Counted from the stretch's first letter, positions 37,974 through 49,200 are shown. The stretch is 64,000 nucleotides of DNA from an uncultured Porphyromonas sp. (GCF_900538385.1 NZ_UWSO01000004.1), one strand, 5' to 3'. The notes: generated by a model from the sequence alone, not told the origin. Translations and numbers: made by a program.

Positions 37974-40373
37974 ATGAAGCATTTCTACTCCTTATTAACC
38001 TATGCACTCTCCTTACTCTTATGGTGGGGGCTTGTGCCACTATCGGCTCAGACCACGATCGAGGTCACAGAGCCTGGCTCGCTACAGAAGAAGCTAAGCG
38101 AGACGACCGAACTGTCTAATCTAGTAATCACGGGGTCGCTCAATGCGGACGACTTCGGAGCGCTGAGAAAGACGGCTGGCATCACGACGCTTGATCTCTC
38201 TGGCGTGGCGGTGGTCGCTGGCGGTAGCTACGAAGGCAATCCCTATCTGTCGGAGAAGGTCGAAACGGTGCCTGGCACTATGCCTGGTTACTTCCTCTTT
38301 GCGGGCGAGCTAGCAGAGAGTCTCACCACCATCACGCTACCTAACAGCGTGACTCGACTAGGTACTCGCTGCTTGCAAAATGGTGGCAAGCTGACCGAAA
38401 TACATCTGCCTAGCGGACTCTCCTATGTAGGCGAATTGTCATTTGGCTGGTGCGAGAGCCTAGAGGCTATTGAGCTCCCTGAGTCGATTGACTCGCTTGG
38501 GTCTTCAGCCTTCGAGGGGTGCAAGCTACTCGCACAGGTGGAGATACCTAGCGAGGTCAGCTATATAGGTAAGTCTCTCTTTCAGGATTGCGCGGCGCTC
38601 TCCAAGGTAACGCTACCCGCTACGATGCGTGAGATCTCCTTCTCTACCTTTAAGGGCTGTACCTCTCTTGAGGAGCTAGACCTCCCAGAGATGCTTAGCA
38701 CGATCGGCGTCTCAGCCTTCGAGGGATGCACGAGTCTCTCCGAGATACAGCTGCCACCACTGATGCGCACTATCGAGCATGACGCATTCAATGGCTGCGT
38801 GGAACTCAAGAGTGTCACCATACAGAGTATGGCGCTGGAGACTATCGGCGACCAAGCATTTATGAACTGCAAGGCACTGAAGGAGATCATGCTCCCTGCT
38901 GGTGTGACTAGAATCGGAGGCAACGCCTTCAGCGGTTGCGAGGCTCTTGCTAGTATCGTCTTGCCCTCTAAGCTCAAGACACTGATGGGCGGTGCTTTCG
39001 CTCGCACAGCGATTACTGAGGTGACGATACCGAACAGGTGCGAGGAGATACTCTACGGAGCTTTTGCCAATTGTAAGAGTCTAAAGACGGTGACACTGCC
39101 TCACTCGATGCAAAAAATGAGTGACAAGGCTTTCGGTGGTTGTGAAGCGCTCAAGACTGTGATCGTGACCAATCCGACGCCCATCGTCCCTAACAAGGAG
39201 GAGGATCTAGCTGGTCTAGCCGACCTCTCCGCTATGAGCGAGCTGACGCTCGTCGTACCTGAGGGTACCAAGGCTGCTTACGCTGCTGCTGATGGGTGGA
39301 AGGCGTTTGCCAATGTATCGGAGATGCTGACGCTCACCGCTGAGGTCTCTGCCGAGAAGCCATTAGAGGGGACCATCATCGCTCTGACGACTCCTGAGTT
39401 ATACCGTGTAGTCAAGCTCACTGGTACGATAACGAGTGCCGACCTGGAAGCGCTCGCAGAGCTGCATCGTATGCAGGAGCTAGACCTCGGCGAGGTCACT
39501 TACGATGCTGAGGAGAATCCGCTAGAGGGCTTCAACTTCAAAGAGTACGCTCAGCTGCGCAAGCTGACCTATCCTAAGCAGCTCACGACGATTCCCGCCT
39601 CTAGTTGTAGTCAAGCGATGCTTCTCGAGGAGGTAGTGCTACCAGAGGGTGTGACCAACATTGAGGAGGAAGCCTTTAGCTACTGCACCGCACTGCGTAG
39701 TATAGCGCTACCTCAGACCGCTCTGAACCTTGGCGAGAGCGTTTTCCATGGCTGCGCTTCGCTAGAGGCAATCGTCTTCCCCGATAGCATAGAGCTAATT
39801 CCAGACTACGGCTTCTTCGACTGTGTCTCGCTGCAGGAAGTTCGCTTTCCTAAGAAGGTTGCCGACATAGGTGAGCAAGCTTTTGCCAATTGCTCACACA
39901 TCAAGCAGATCTGGCTGGACGAGAACGTTAAAGAGATCAAGGAGATGGCTTTCTTCGCATGTGATGCCCTAGAGACGATCACGACGCTTCGTGAGGAGGC
40001 TCCTGTCACGTCAGAGAGCGCTTTCACCGAGGAGCATTACGAGAAGGTGATGGTCGTTGTCGCTTCAGAGGAAATCAAGGAGGCTTACCAAGCAGCGGAG
40101 ACATGGTGCAACTTTAAGAACTACAAGGTCGACCCGACGATCGCCGTTCCCATACAGCAGCCAGAGATGGTCATACCTGCTGTCGTGTACGGTGCTTTAG
40201 CTGCGCTTCATCTCGAGCTAGCTGATGCTAAGAGTCTCGTCTCTATCTACTCGCCTAGCGGTCTACAGCTAGCTTCTCATTATCTGCCTGCTGGTACTTA
40301 TGAGCTGCCACTCGCAGAGGGTCTTTATATTGTTACTGTCAATCAATCAAGCTACAAGGTATATGTACGCTAA
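37974..40373 (+). CDS. BspA-like leucine-rich-repeat (LRR_5 type) surface protein with a T9SS C-terminal domain
   Basis: Repeated ~23-aa 'IP.SV..IG..AF.GC..L..I.LP' units. The C-terminus 'LPAGTYELPLAEGLYIVTVNQSSYKVYVR' matches the T9SS CTD. Confidence 0.8.
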   Translation: MKHFYSLLTYALSLLLWWGLVPLSAQTTIEVTEPGSLQKKLSETTELSNLVITGSLNADDFGALRKTAGITTLDLSGVAVVAGGSYEGNPYLSEKVETVPGTMPGYFLFAGELAESLTTITLPNSVTRLGTRCLQNGGKLTEIHLPSGLSYVGELSFGWCESLEAIELPESIDSLGSSAFEGCKLLAQVEIPSEVSYIGKSLFQDCAALSKVTLPATMREISFSTFKGCTSLEELDLPEMLSTIGVSAFEGCTSLSEIQLPPLMRTIEHDAFNGCVELKSVTIQSMALETIGDQAFMNCKALKEIMLPAGVTRIGGNAFSGCEALASIVLPSKLKTLMGGAFARTAITEVTIPNRCEEILYGAFANCKSLKTVTLPHSMQKMSDKAFGGCEALKTVIVTNPTPIVPNKEEDLAGLADLSAMSELTLVVPEGTKAAYAAADGWKAFANVSEMLTLTAEVSAEKPLEGTIIALTTPELYRVVKLTGTITSADLEALAELHRMQELDLGEVTYDAEENPLEGFNFKEYAQLRKLTYPKQLTTIPASSCSQAMLLEEVVLPEGVTNIEEEAFSYCTALRSIALPQTALNLGESVFHGCASLEAIVFPDSIELIPDYGFFDCVSLQEVRFPKKVADIGEQAFANCSHIKQIWLDENVKEIKEMAFFACDALETITTLREEAPVTSESAFTEEHYEKVMVVVASEEIKEAYQAAETWCNFKNYKVDPTIAVPIQQPEMVIPAVVYGALAALHLELADAKSLVSIYSPSGLQLASHYLPAGTYELPLAEGLYIVTVNQSSYKVYVR

Positions 40374-42222
40374 GCAATCACAACTCTATACGATATTTCT
40401 AGCTAGTCTCCTCCTCCTTTTCGGCTGGGGGAGCACTAGCTCCTCGCTACAAGCACAGAGCGTCATCCCCGCATCGGAACAGCAGGCTCTACTCGAGATC
40501 TATGACCAGTGCGGTGGCTCTGGTTGGGCTGAGGGGTACAATTGGCGCACTGCTTCAGGAGCAGACAAGTACGCTGGTGTAATCATCGAAGGCGGACACG
40601 TGCAGGGCATTGCCCTCGATGGGGTAGGACTGACGGGACAACTACCGAAGAGCTTCTTTACCGCCTTCCCAGAGCTACGCCTTGTGGGACTATCCAGCAA
40701 TAAGCTCTCAGGTCCTATCCCCGAAGCATTTGGCTCAATGACTAAGTTGCAGGCGCTCACGCTCAGTGGCAATCTATGGACGGGACAGCTACCTAACCTA
40801 GATAAGCTGGTCAATCTGAAGATCCTACACTTGGCAAACTTCTATAATGTAGACGACAAAGACAATGTGATCTCAGAGGTGACAGGTACGCTACCCGACA
40901 TCTCCAAGATGCCTCAGCTGGAGTATCTCGATGCTTCCTTCTCCAATCTCTCAGGACAGCTGCCCGAGCAGATCGGACGCTGTCGCAATCTGCAGGTCCT
41001 AGAGCTGTCCGCTAATCAGCTGACGGGCTCTATCCCCGCCTCTATCGGTGAGTGTACCGAGCTGCAGATCCTCTCTGTCCAAAACAACAAGATGAGTGGC
41101 GAGATACCAGATCTAAGCTCCCTTGTCAACCTCGGCAAGCCCCTAGAGTTAGGACTTGGCGTTACAGAGCCGGGACGACTTTACCTCAACAGCAACCAGT
41201 TCACAGGACCCTTCCCCGAGAGTATCGTAATGTTGCCTCGCTTGCAACGCTTCTCCTGTGCTGACAATAAGCTTACTGGCTCTCTGCCAGAAGACTTAAG
41301 CACGATGGAGGACTGCGAAGCGTTTTTTGCTGATCATAACCAGTTCACAGGTGCATTGCCTCAACAATTACCGACGAAGCTCTGGTACTTGGATCTAGGG
41401 TACAACCAGTTCACAGGCTCCATCCCCGCCACTTGGCAAGATGCGACTGAGCTGGGTAAGATATCCCTGAGAAACAACAACCTCTCAGGCACCGTGCCAG
41501 CGATCTACAAGAAGCTCAAGAACCTAGACATGATTGATGTGCGCAACTGTCGCCTTTCCTTTGCGGACTTTAAGGCGTGGGATGCCTTCATCAAAAACAA
41601 AGACTGCATCTTCCGCTTTGGTATGCAGCAAGCTTATAGTGAGCGTCATGAGGAGAGCGTCACGTCAGGTAGCGATGTCACTTTTGACGCGACCTATCCT
41701 GGCACGCTCATCGGCGATGAGCACTATAGGTGGTACAATCTGACCACGCTACAGCCGGTCCCCAACGCTAATGAGGCTAAGCTAACGCTCCACGGAGTCT
41801 CCAAAGAGGACGCTTGTCGTTACGTCTGCCTTATCACGAGTGTCAAGATGGGCAGCACACAGCCACGCTCGGCGCTACGTGAAGCCGATAATGAAGGGGT
41901 GGAGTCAGACGACCTGCAGCCGACACTGCGATCAGGATTTTGGGAGCTAACGGTCGACGGATACTTCAACGGTACCGACACGCCCATCCCGACAGCAGAC
42001 AACCCGCAGGTTTACTACGACAGTGAGGCGCAGCAGCTCCATCTAGAGAGCGCAGAGTCTGTCACGTCGCTGATGATCGTTGATCTCTCGGGTGCCGTCG
42101 TGGCACGTCTGGAGCCTGCTGGAGTCGCCGTGCTGGCGCTACCTCTAGCGACAGGCAAGTATGTCGCACTGCTCAATAGAGCAGACGGAAGCCACGCTGC
42201 GATCCCCTTCCTCGTACGATAA
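40363..42222 (+). CDS. plant-type (PS) leucine-rich-repeat secreted protein with a probable T9SS CTD
   Basis: Signal peptide from the ATG at 40363. The 24-aa repeat 'L..L..L.LS.N.LSG.IP..IG.C..L' recurs throughout. The C-terminal beta domain ends 'AAIPFLVR'. Confidence 0.7.
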   Translation: MYAKQSQLYTIFLASLLLLFGWGSTSSSLQAQSVIPASEQQALLEIYDQCGGSGWAEGYNWRTASGADKYAGVIIEGGHVQGIALDGVGLTGQLPKSFFTAFPELRLVGLSSNKLSGPIPEAFGSMTKLQALTLSGNLWTGQLPNLDKLVNLKILHLANFYNVDDKDNVISEVTGTLPDISKMPQLEYLDASFSNLSGQLPEQIGRCRNLQVLELSANQLTGSIPASIGECTELQILSVQNNKMSGEIPDLSSLVNLGKPLELGLGVTEPGRLYLNSNQFTGPFPESIVMLPRLQRFSCADNKLTGSLPEDLSTMEDCEAFFADHNQFTGALPQQLPTKLWYLDLGYNQFTGSIPATWQDATELGKISLRNNNLSGTVPAIYKKLKNLDMIDVRNCRLSFADFKAWDAFIKNKDCIFRFGMQQAYSERHEESVTSGSDVTFDATYPGTLIGDEHYRWYNLTTLQPVPNANEAKLTLHGVSKEDACRYVCLITSVKMGSTQPRSALREADNEGVESDDLQPTLRSGFWELTVDGYFNGTDTPIPTADNPQVYYDSEAQQLHLESAESVTSLMIVDLSGAVVARLEPAGVAVLALPLATGKYVALLNRADGSHAAIPFLVR

Positions 42223-42270
42223 CACGATCAGCCGTCCACCTGCGTGGTGTGGTGAGGCTATCCCCTCAAG

Positions 42271-42312
42271 ATAGGAGCTATACCCGCGAAGGTGTAGCTC
42301 CTATTTTATTTT
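42271..42312 (+). terminator. rho-independent terminator after the PS-LRR gene
   Basis: 'ataggagctatacccgcgaaggtgtagctcctat' followed by 'tttatttt'. Confidence 0.55.
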
Positions 42313-42339
42313 CATCGCTGCTAGATGGCAATCCCGCTT

Positions 42340-42386
42340 CAGATAAATCTTCGCTTGTGCGAGTTTATTTGTACCTTTGAGAGAAT
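42340..42386 (+). promoter_or_regulatory. Bacteroidetes-type promoter (-7 box) for the S1 peptidase gene
   Basis: 'tttatttgTACCTTTGa' at 42372..42379, 26 nt upstream of the ATG. Confidence 0.45.
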
Positions 42387-42404
42387 ATCTTTCGGACTAT
42401 CCCT

Positions 42405-44777
42405 ATGAATAGACTCGACACAGCTCTAGTGACGACAGCTTTGCGTCGGTTCATGACTTGCTCCCGTGCGTATCTCTTGTCCTACGGCAAGTGCGTATGC
42501 TTCTCTCTCATTGCGCTTCTGCTTGCTCTGCCCGTAGCGGCTCAACTAGCGACGCCTATCCCAGCTGCTATAGTGACGGATCTGGGTGAGCGTCATGCTA
42601 CGCTACGTAATGCGCAAGGAGCTTACCAGCTCCATGCGACCTCTCGCACGGAGTCTGCTAGCACATTACGGCAGCAGACTGAGACAGCACCATCGGGCTT
42701 ACGGCTCCTAGAGCTACCCACGATAGAGTACCGCCAGCTACCCGAGAGCAAGCTCTGGGGCGACTGGCTGGTGATGCCCTCGGGAAGGTATGCTTGGCAG
42801 GGTATCCTGCAGCTTGAGAAGGCTGGCTGGAACACGCTTTACTTTGATCAATATCAGCTGAACCGTGGGGATATGCTCCTTATAACTAATGAAGAAGGTG
42901 AGGTGCGAGGCGCTTTTACCGAGGCAAACAATGTCTCGTCTCATAGTCTTACTACCGCTCCGCTTTATGGAGAGCGACTCATGGTCTACTACTATCCCGC
43001 TAGTGGTGAGCGCCGAAATATCCCGTGGCAACTGTCGGGCATTACGACAGCTCTGCTCACAACTGTTGGCGAGGAGCTACCACCTGCAGTCGGAGGACAT
43101 CAAGAACCAGGCTCTCCGTGGTTTATCTTGAAGGGACTGGAGTGCGCGGAGGCTACGGTGCGGCATCCAGAGGTAGAGCGCATCGCTCGCAGTGAGCTCT
43201 TGCTGATAGTGCGGGGGCGCTACTTATCGTCAGGTACATTGATCAACAACAGTCGCCTAGATGGAGATCCACTCGTCCTGACGGCAGCCCACTGTCTCAA
43301 TGCTAGCTATAAGAACAGAGAGCTCGACTATGTGCGTCAGAGTGCAGAGCAGACGGTCTTTTACTTCAACTACTTTAGCCCTACGGGCGAGCCTCTAGTT
43401 AATGGCATCGAGGAGCAAACACTAGCCGGTGCCGAGCTAGTAGCCTACAATGAGGAACACGACATGTGCTTACTCCGTATCACGGGCGTTCAGCCCGCTA
43501 CGCCACAAGGGCAGTGCCCTATTCCTCAGAGCTATAGGCCGTACCTTGCTGGTTGGAATGCTGAGCGTGAATTTCCCGCGCCTGTCATCGGTATACACCA
43601 TCCGAAAGCCTCTGTACGTCGCTATAATAGAGCTGACGAAAAGCCCCCTCTAGAGAGTTACGATATAGCCTCGGTGCCTGTTCAGTGGGTCAATTCGCAC
43701 CTACACATTAAGAAGTGGGATGTCGGGACGACAGCTGGAGGCTCATCGGGGTCGGGACTCTTTGATAAGAATCATCACCTCATCGGTGCCCTCTCTGGAG
43801 GAAACTCCTACTGCTCGACTCCGTACAATGACTATTACTACGCTCTGAGCGAAGTCTTCACGGGCTATCCAGACGATAAGTGTCTGAAGCCGCACTTAGC
43901 TCCAACGAGTGACCAGACTATACTCGAGGGATTAGATCCTTTTGCAGCAATGCCTCCCGTACGTCTCTCACATCAACTTTACAGTCTGATGCGTGACAGT
44001 GTCGCTATTCGCACCATCAATACAGCTGTCAGGGGCATAGCTGTGCGCTACGACATCGACACCTCCGTGCTGTACCTCGGCTCCGTGCTGGTCATGGGAG
44101 CTATGCGGGAGTGGCCTCCTGTGACGCTCGCTATATATAGAGACGAGGGGGGCAAACCTGGCAAGAAGCTCTACGAGCAGACGCTACCGAAGCCTTCGTA
44201 TCTATTAGTAAATGATGCAGGACAAAGTCCGCAGCAGCGAATACTCTCAGATGCCTTCCAAGCCTTCTTCCCTGCAAAGGAAGGCGAGCCTCTGACACTG
44301 TCCGCAGGCTCTTACTACATAGCACTAGAGGGGAGCGAGGGCAAGGCTCTGTCAGCGCCTTTGCTCATGAGCAAAGCGCAGCCTCACACCACACCCTATG
44401 CGTGGCACCTAGTCGGCTCTACTTGGGAGCCCGCAAAGCTAAGCGGAGCTCCTTATCTGGGTCATTACTGGGTAGATCCCATCTTCTTGGGGAAGCTCAA
44501 AGCGGGCGGAACAACCGCTCCAGAGTCTGCGAACGAACCTCGTGTGATGCTGTCGGGGGAGCGTCTATACATCCTGTTACCAGACTCATGGTTCGTAGGA
44601 GATACCCCCGTAGAGCTTGAGCTATACAGTGCTACTGGTCAGCACATCTTGTCGCTTCCACTGACGAACGTTTCCTCATCCCTATCCCTTGCCGACTACG
44701 CTCTGCAGTCAGGCATTTACATCGTACATCTTACTGGAGCTGGTGAGCGGTACAACTGCAAGCTCATTCGCCCATAA
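42405..44777 (+). CDS. trypsin-like (S1 family) serine peptidase with a T9SS C-terminal domain
   Basis: Signal peptide. Catalytic motifs are 'LVLTAAHC' (His) and 'GGSSGSGLF' (Ser). The C-terminus is 'SGIYIVHLTGAGERYNCKLIRP'. Confidence 0.7.
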   Translation: MNRLDTALVTTALRRFMTCSRAYLLSYGKCVCFSLIALLLALPVAAQLATPIPAAIVTDLGERHATLRNAQGAYQLHATSRTESASTLRQQTETAPSGLRLLELPTIEYRQLPESKLWGDWLVMPSGRYAWQGILQLEKAGWNTLYFDQYQLNRGDMLLITNEEGEVRGAFTEANNVSSHSLTTAPLYGERLMVYYYPASGERRNIPWQLSGITTALLTTVGEELPPAVGGHQEPGSPWFILKGLECAEATVRHPEVERIARSELLLIVRGRYLSSGTLINNSRLDGDPLVLTAAHCLNASYKNRELDYVRQSAEQTVFYFNYFSPTGEPLVNGIEEQTLAGAELVAYNEEHDMCLLRITGVQPATPQGQCPIPQSYRPYLAGWNAEREFPAPVIGIHHPKASVRRYNRADEKPPLESYDIASVPVQWVNSHLHIKKWDVGTTAGGSSGSGLFDKNHHLIGALSGGNSYCSTPYNDYYYALSEVFTGYPDDKCLKPHLAPTSDQTILEGLDPFAAMPPVRLSHQLYSLMRDSVAIRTINTAVRGIAVRYDIDTSVLYLGSVLVMGAMREWPPVTLAIYRDEGGKPGKKLYEQTLPKPSYLLVNDAGQSPQQRILSDAFQAFFPAKEGEPLTLSAGSYYIALEGSEGKALSAPLLMSKAQPHTTPYAWHLVGSTWEPAKLSGAPYLGHYWVDPIFLGKLKAGGTTAPESANEPRVMLSGERLYILLPDSWFVGDTPVELELYSATGQHILSLPLTNVSSSLSLADYALQSGIYIVHLTGAGERYNCKLIRP

Positions 44778-44813
44778 CCACTTAACTAGACAGTTTACTT
44801 ACACACTTAATAT

Positions 44814-45656
44814 ATGCGTACAATATCCTCTACAGCCATCACAGACTTGGTGGAGAAGCTTTGCATAGAGGCCTGTGTCAACCTATCGCCCGACATCGAG
44901 GCTGCCATGCAGCAGGGCGCAGAGCGAGACCGCTCGCCTCTAGCACGAAACGTACTGAATACCATCATCGAAAACGTTCACATAGCACGCAGTGAGCGTG
45001 CTCCCATGTGTCAAGATACGGGTATGACCGTCATCTTCGTCGACATGGGACAGGATCTGCACGTCGAGGGAGATCTGATCGAAGACGCTATCAACGAGGG
45101 CGTCCGCAGAGGCTACACCCACGGCTACCTGCGCAAGTCCGTCGTGAGCGATCCGATACATCGACACAATACGGGAGACAACACCCCCGCCGTCATCCAC
45201 TACCGCATTGTGCCTGGTGACAAGATGCATATCACCGTCGCTCCAAAAGGCTTCGGCAGTGAAAACAAAAGTGCACTTTCGATGCTTACTCCCAGCCAAG
45301 GGGTAGCCGGCATCAAGCAGTTTGTCCTCGATACCATCTCTCACGCTGGCGGCAACCCCTGTCCGCCGATCATCGTCGGCATCGGCATCGGAGGCACGAT
45401 GGAGCGCTCGGCTGAGCTAGCCAAGCGTGCCTTACTACGTCCTATCGGTGAGCGTCATCCCGATCCCGCCGTCGCTGAGATCGAGGAGGAGCTACTCCAA
45501 GAGATCAATAAGATGGGCATCGGCCCGGCCGGCTTCGGTGGAGACACCACGGCTCTAGCCGTCGCCATCAATACGGGTGCAACACACATTGCCGGACTAC
45601 CCGTAGCGGTCAATATCAGTTGCCATGCGACACGTCACGCTGAGGGTACACTATAA
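44814..45656 (+). CDS. Fe-S hydro-lyase alpha subunit (class I fumarate hydratase / L(+)-tartrate dehydratase family)
   Basis: 280 aa. 'CQDTGM' cluster-ligand motifs. It pairs with the adjacent beta subunit. Confidence 0.8.
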   Translation: MRTISSTAITDLVEKLCIEACVNLSPDIEAAMQQGAERDRSPLARNVLNTIIENVHIARSERAPMCQDTGMTVIFVDMGQDLHVEGDLIEDAINEGVRRGYTHGYLRKSVVSDPIHRHNTGDNTPAVIHYRIVPGDKMHITVAPKGFGSENKSALSMLTPSQGVAGIKQFVLDTISHAGGNPCPPIIVGIGIGGTMERSAELAKRALLRPIGERHPDPAVAEIEEELLQEINKMGIGPAGFGGDTTALAVAINTGATHIAGLPVAVNISCHATRHAEGTL

Positions 45657-45667
45657 TATATAGAGAC

Positions 45668-46225
45668 ATGGAAGAGAAAAAGATACTCAGAGCCCCCTTT
45701 ACGACAGAGATGATTACTCCGCTCAGAGCGGGAGATATGTGCTACATCTCGGGGACTATATACACAGCACGTGACGCAGCGCATCTGCGTCTTGTCGAGA
45801 TGCTAGAGCGAGGTGAGGAAATGCCCTTTGACTTTGCTGGGCAGGTCGTTTACTATGCCGGTCCTTGCCCTGCTAAGCCTGGACAACCTATCGGCTCCGT
45901 CGGCCCCACTACGGGAGGACGTATGGATGCCTATTCGCCAACGCTCATAGCGCACGGTCTGCGTGTGATGATCGGCAAGGGCTTGCGTAGCCCGGAGGTC
46001 GTTGATGCGATCAAGCAGTACAAAGGCGTTTACTTCGCCGCCATCGGTGGAGCAGCTGCCCTGATGGGCAAGTGCGTCAAGGAGGCCGAGGTGATCGCCT
46101 TCGACGACTTAGGGCCCGAAGCAATCCGCAAGCTGCGTGTCGAGGAGCTCCCCGTCATCGTAGCTGTAGACAGCCTCGGAGGTGACGTCTACTCGCTCGG
46201 ACGCTCGCAGTACGCCCGCCGCTAG
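45668..46225 (+). CDS. Fe-S hydro-lyase beta subunit (fumarate hydratase / tartrate dehydratase family)
   Basis: 185 aa. The swivel beta domain with 'GKGLRSPEV' lies 11 nt after the alpha subunit. Confidence 0.8.
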   Translation: MEEKKILRAPFTTEMITPLRAGDMCYISGTIYTARDAAHLRLVEMLERGEEMPFDFAGQVVYYAGPCPAKPGQPIGSVGPTTGGRMDAYSPTLIAHGLRVMIGKGLRSPEVVDAIKQYKGVYFAAIGGAAALMGKCVKEAEVIAFDDLGPEAIRKLRVEELPVIVAVDSLGGDVYSLGRSQYARR

Positions 46226-46275
46226 TCTGCAAGACTCAAGACACTTTATACAACAATATCCCTAGTAAAACTATG

Positions 46276-49200
46276 ATGAAAAGATTAACTCCTTTACTAC
46301 TGCTGCTCTTGGTTCTCTGCCTCCCTGCGATGGGGCATGCGAGCGAGAGCCCTTTTGCCTCAGGCGATGGTCTGAGAGAGCTAGGCGAGCCGACGATACG
46401 CTTGACCACATCTGGAGCGGTCGGGACCAACTACTCCTTCACAATCATCGGGGGGACTACTCCCATTCAGATAGACTGGGGTGATGGCACACTTGTTTCA
46501 CCCACTTCTACTATGGTCAAGGGGAAGAAGGCTGGCGACGAGATTAAGATCTATGGGGACTGCCTGTCATTTCTAGCTACAGGAGCTAAGATTACAGCAA
46601 TCACTATTGATGCTCCTGCGATGGGTATGCTATCCCTAGCAGACAATGAGCTCACGACACTAGATCTTTCCAAGACTCCAGCCATAGAGTCTCTTAACTT
46701 GCAAAACAATAAGTTGACGAGCCTCGATCTGCATGGGCTTGTATCCATTACTACGCTTAATGTAAAGCAGAATAACCTGGAGTCCCTTAACCTGTCTGGC
46801 TTAAATAAGCTGAAGAGATTGATTGCTTCAGACAATCCCGCTCTGACTTCGCTTGAAGCCTCTACGCTCACTAGTCTCAGCTCCGTACGAGCTGAAAATT
46901 GTGCCTTAGAGCAAGTATCTCTCCCAGCATCTATCACCGAGTTTTATGCAAAGGGTAACAAGCTCACTAAGCTCGGCGAAGGGGCTGTCTCTTTCCCGAA
47001 GCTACAACGTCTGAGACTACCTAACAATCAAATCACTGAGTTTACCGTAGGAGAGTGTCCGCTCCTCAACGACCTCGAGCTCGATGGCAATAAACTCACG
47101 TCTCTTACGCTTGGTTCACTTCCCGCATTGAAGACTCTATACCTTCAGAAGAATCTCCTCAGTGCGGATGCTCTCAACAAGGTTTATAATGCTTTACCTT
47201 CTGTTTCAGGGACCATCAAGGTGGCCGAGAATCCTGGCGCAGAGAAGGCTTATGGCTATATAGCTACGGACAAGGGCTGGAAGATAGACATCCTGGGCCA
47301 GGAGAATAATCTAGGTGAGCCAACGATACGCCTGACCACCTCCACAGAGATTGGAACGGACTGCTCATTTAGAATCATGGGTGATGGTAGTACGCCCATC
47401 CAGATTGACTGGGGCGATGGTACACTCACAACCGTCTCTCCTACTTCACCAGCGGCCAAGGGTAAGAAAGCTGGCGAGGAGATCAAGATCTACGGAAACT
47501 GCTCAGTCCTTATGGCTCCAGGAGCTAATATCACCTCCATAGCGATCAATTCGGAACAGCTTGGTATGCTCTCCCTAGAGAACAATGAGCTTACGACGCT
47601 AGACCACGTCAATGCGCCAAACCTTGGAATCCTTAAGATACAAAATAACAAGCTGACGAGCTTCCACTACAAGGAGCTAAAGTCGCTCTCAACCGTTGAT
47701 CTGAGACGCAACGATCTAGAGACTATCGAGCTCAGGGGCTTAGATAAACTCAAGAATCTAGATGTCTCATACAACGCTCGCTTAAGTGTCATAGACGGCT
47801 CTATAATGCCCAGTCTAACCTCCATAAAAGCTGATAGCTGCGCCTTAGAGCAGGTCGCTCTCCCAGAGCAGATCGCTGAGTTTTACGCAAAGGCCAACAA
47901 GCTCACTAAGATCGGTGAGGGGGCTGTCGCTTACCCCAAGCTGCTACGTCTGAGACTACAGGGCAACGACTTCGCTGAGCTCACGTTTGGGGAGTGCCCG
48001 CTCCTTAACGATCTCGAGCTAGAGGGCAATAAGCTCACGGCTCTTACACTAGGCACACTACCTAGTCTGAGGACGCTATTCCTCCAGGAGAACCTCCTCA
48101 GTGCGGACGCTCTCAACAAGGTTTACAATGCCTTACCGACCCTCTCTGGGACTATCAAGGTGGCCGATAACCCTGGCGCAGAGAAGGCCCTCGGTTATAT
48201 AGCTACGGAGAGGGGCTGGGAGATAGACATTCCAGGTCAAAAGAGCCAAGACCCAGATCCCGTCATTACGATAAAGACAAAGCCCGACAAGGAGATCAAC
48301 TTGGGCCTGTCTGGCTTTGCAGCCGAGAGTAAGGTGCAGATAGAGACAGACGAAGGCGTAGTCGTAGAGAAGACGATCACGAGTGGCGTGCCTCCTATCG
48401 AGAAGTACAAGTCGACGAGAGGTCTCATACGAATTATCGGACTAGTACATACGATAGACTGCTCCGAAAACGGCTCTATCGCATACGATATTGACGCCTC
48501 ACAGAGTCCTAAGCTGGTCAAGTTTTATGCTCTGCACAATACGATGACCTCTGTCAACGTCAAGGGCTGCGCTGACCTTACCTTTATCAACTGTGCGGGT
48601 AGTGAGCTCCCAGAGATTGATCTCTCAGATTGCAAGCAACTAGAGACTGTATGGCTGCCAGGTAATAAGATGATAAGCATCGACCTGACTGGGCTGACGA
48701 ACCTCCAAGAGCTTAGCCTAGAGCGCAACCTACTGACCGAGATACATGGCCTCTCAGACTGCACTAAGCTGACAGAGCTCAATGTCGCTGAGAACGAACT
48801 CACAACGCTCGTGCTCACGGGGCTGTCTAGCCTGAATAAGCTTGACTGTCGCGAGAACAAGCTAACCGCTCTCGACCTCAGCTCTTGTACGGCTCTGACG
48901 GAGGCATTCTGCTACAAGAACGCTATCAAAGAGCCTGCCATGAAGCAACTCTTCGAGAGCCTCCCCACAAGAAGTGCTAGTGAGCGTGGTGAACTCTATG
49001 CCATTGACTCTTCAGAGCAAAGCGAGGAGAATGAAGTAAACGACGCTGATGTCAAGATCGCTACTGACAAGTCTTGGCTCGTCTATGACTACAAGAACTA
49101 CGACAACAGTGGCAAGAATCCACTTGCCAACGCCCCAGTCGTCTCGGCAGATCACTATCGTCTCATGATCACAGGAGACTACATCGAGATCACTCAGACT

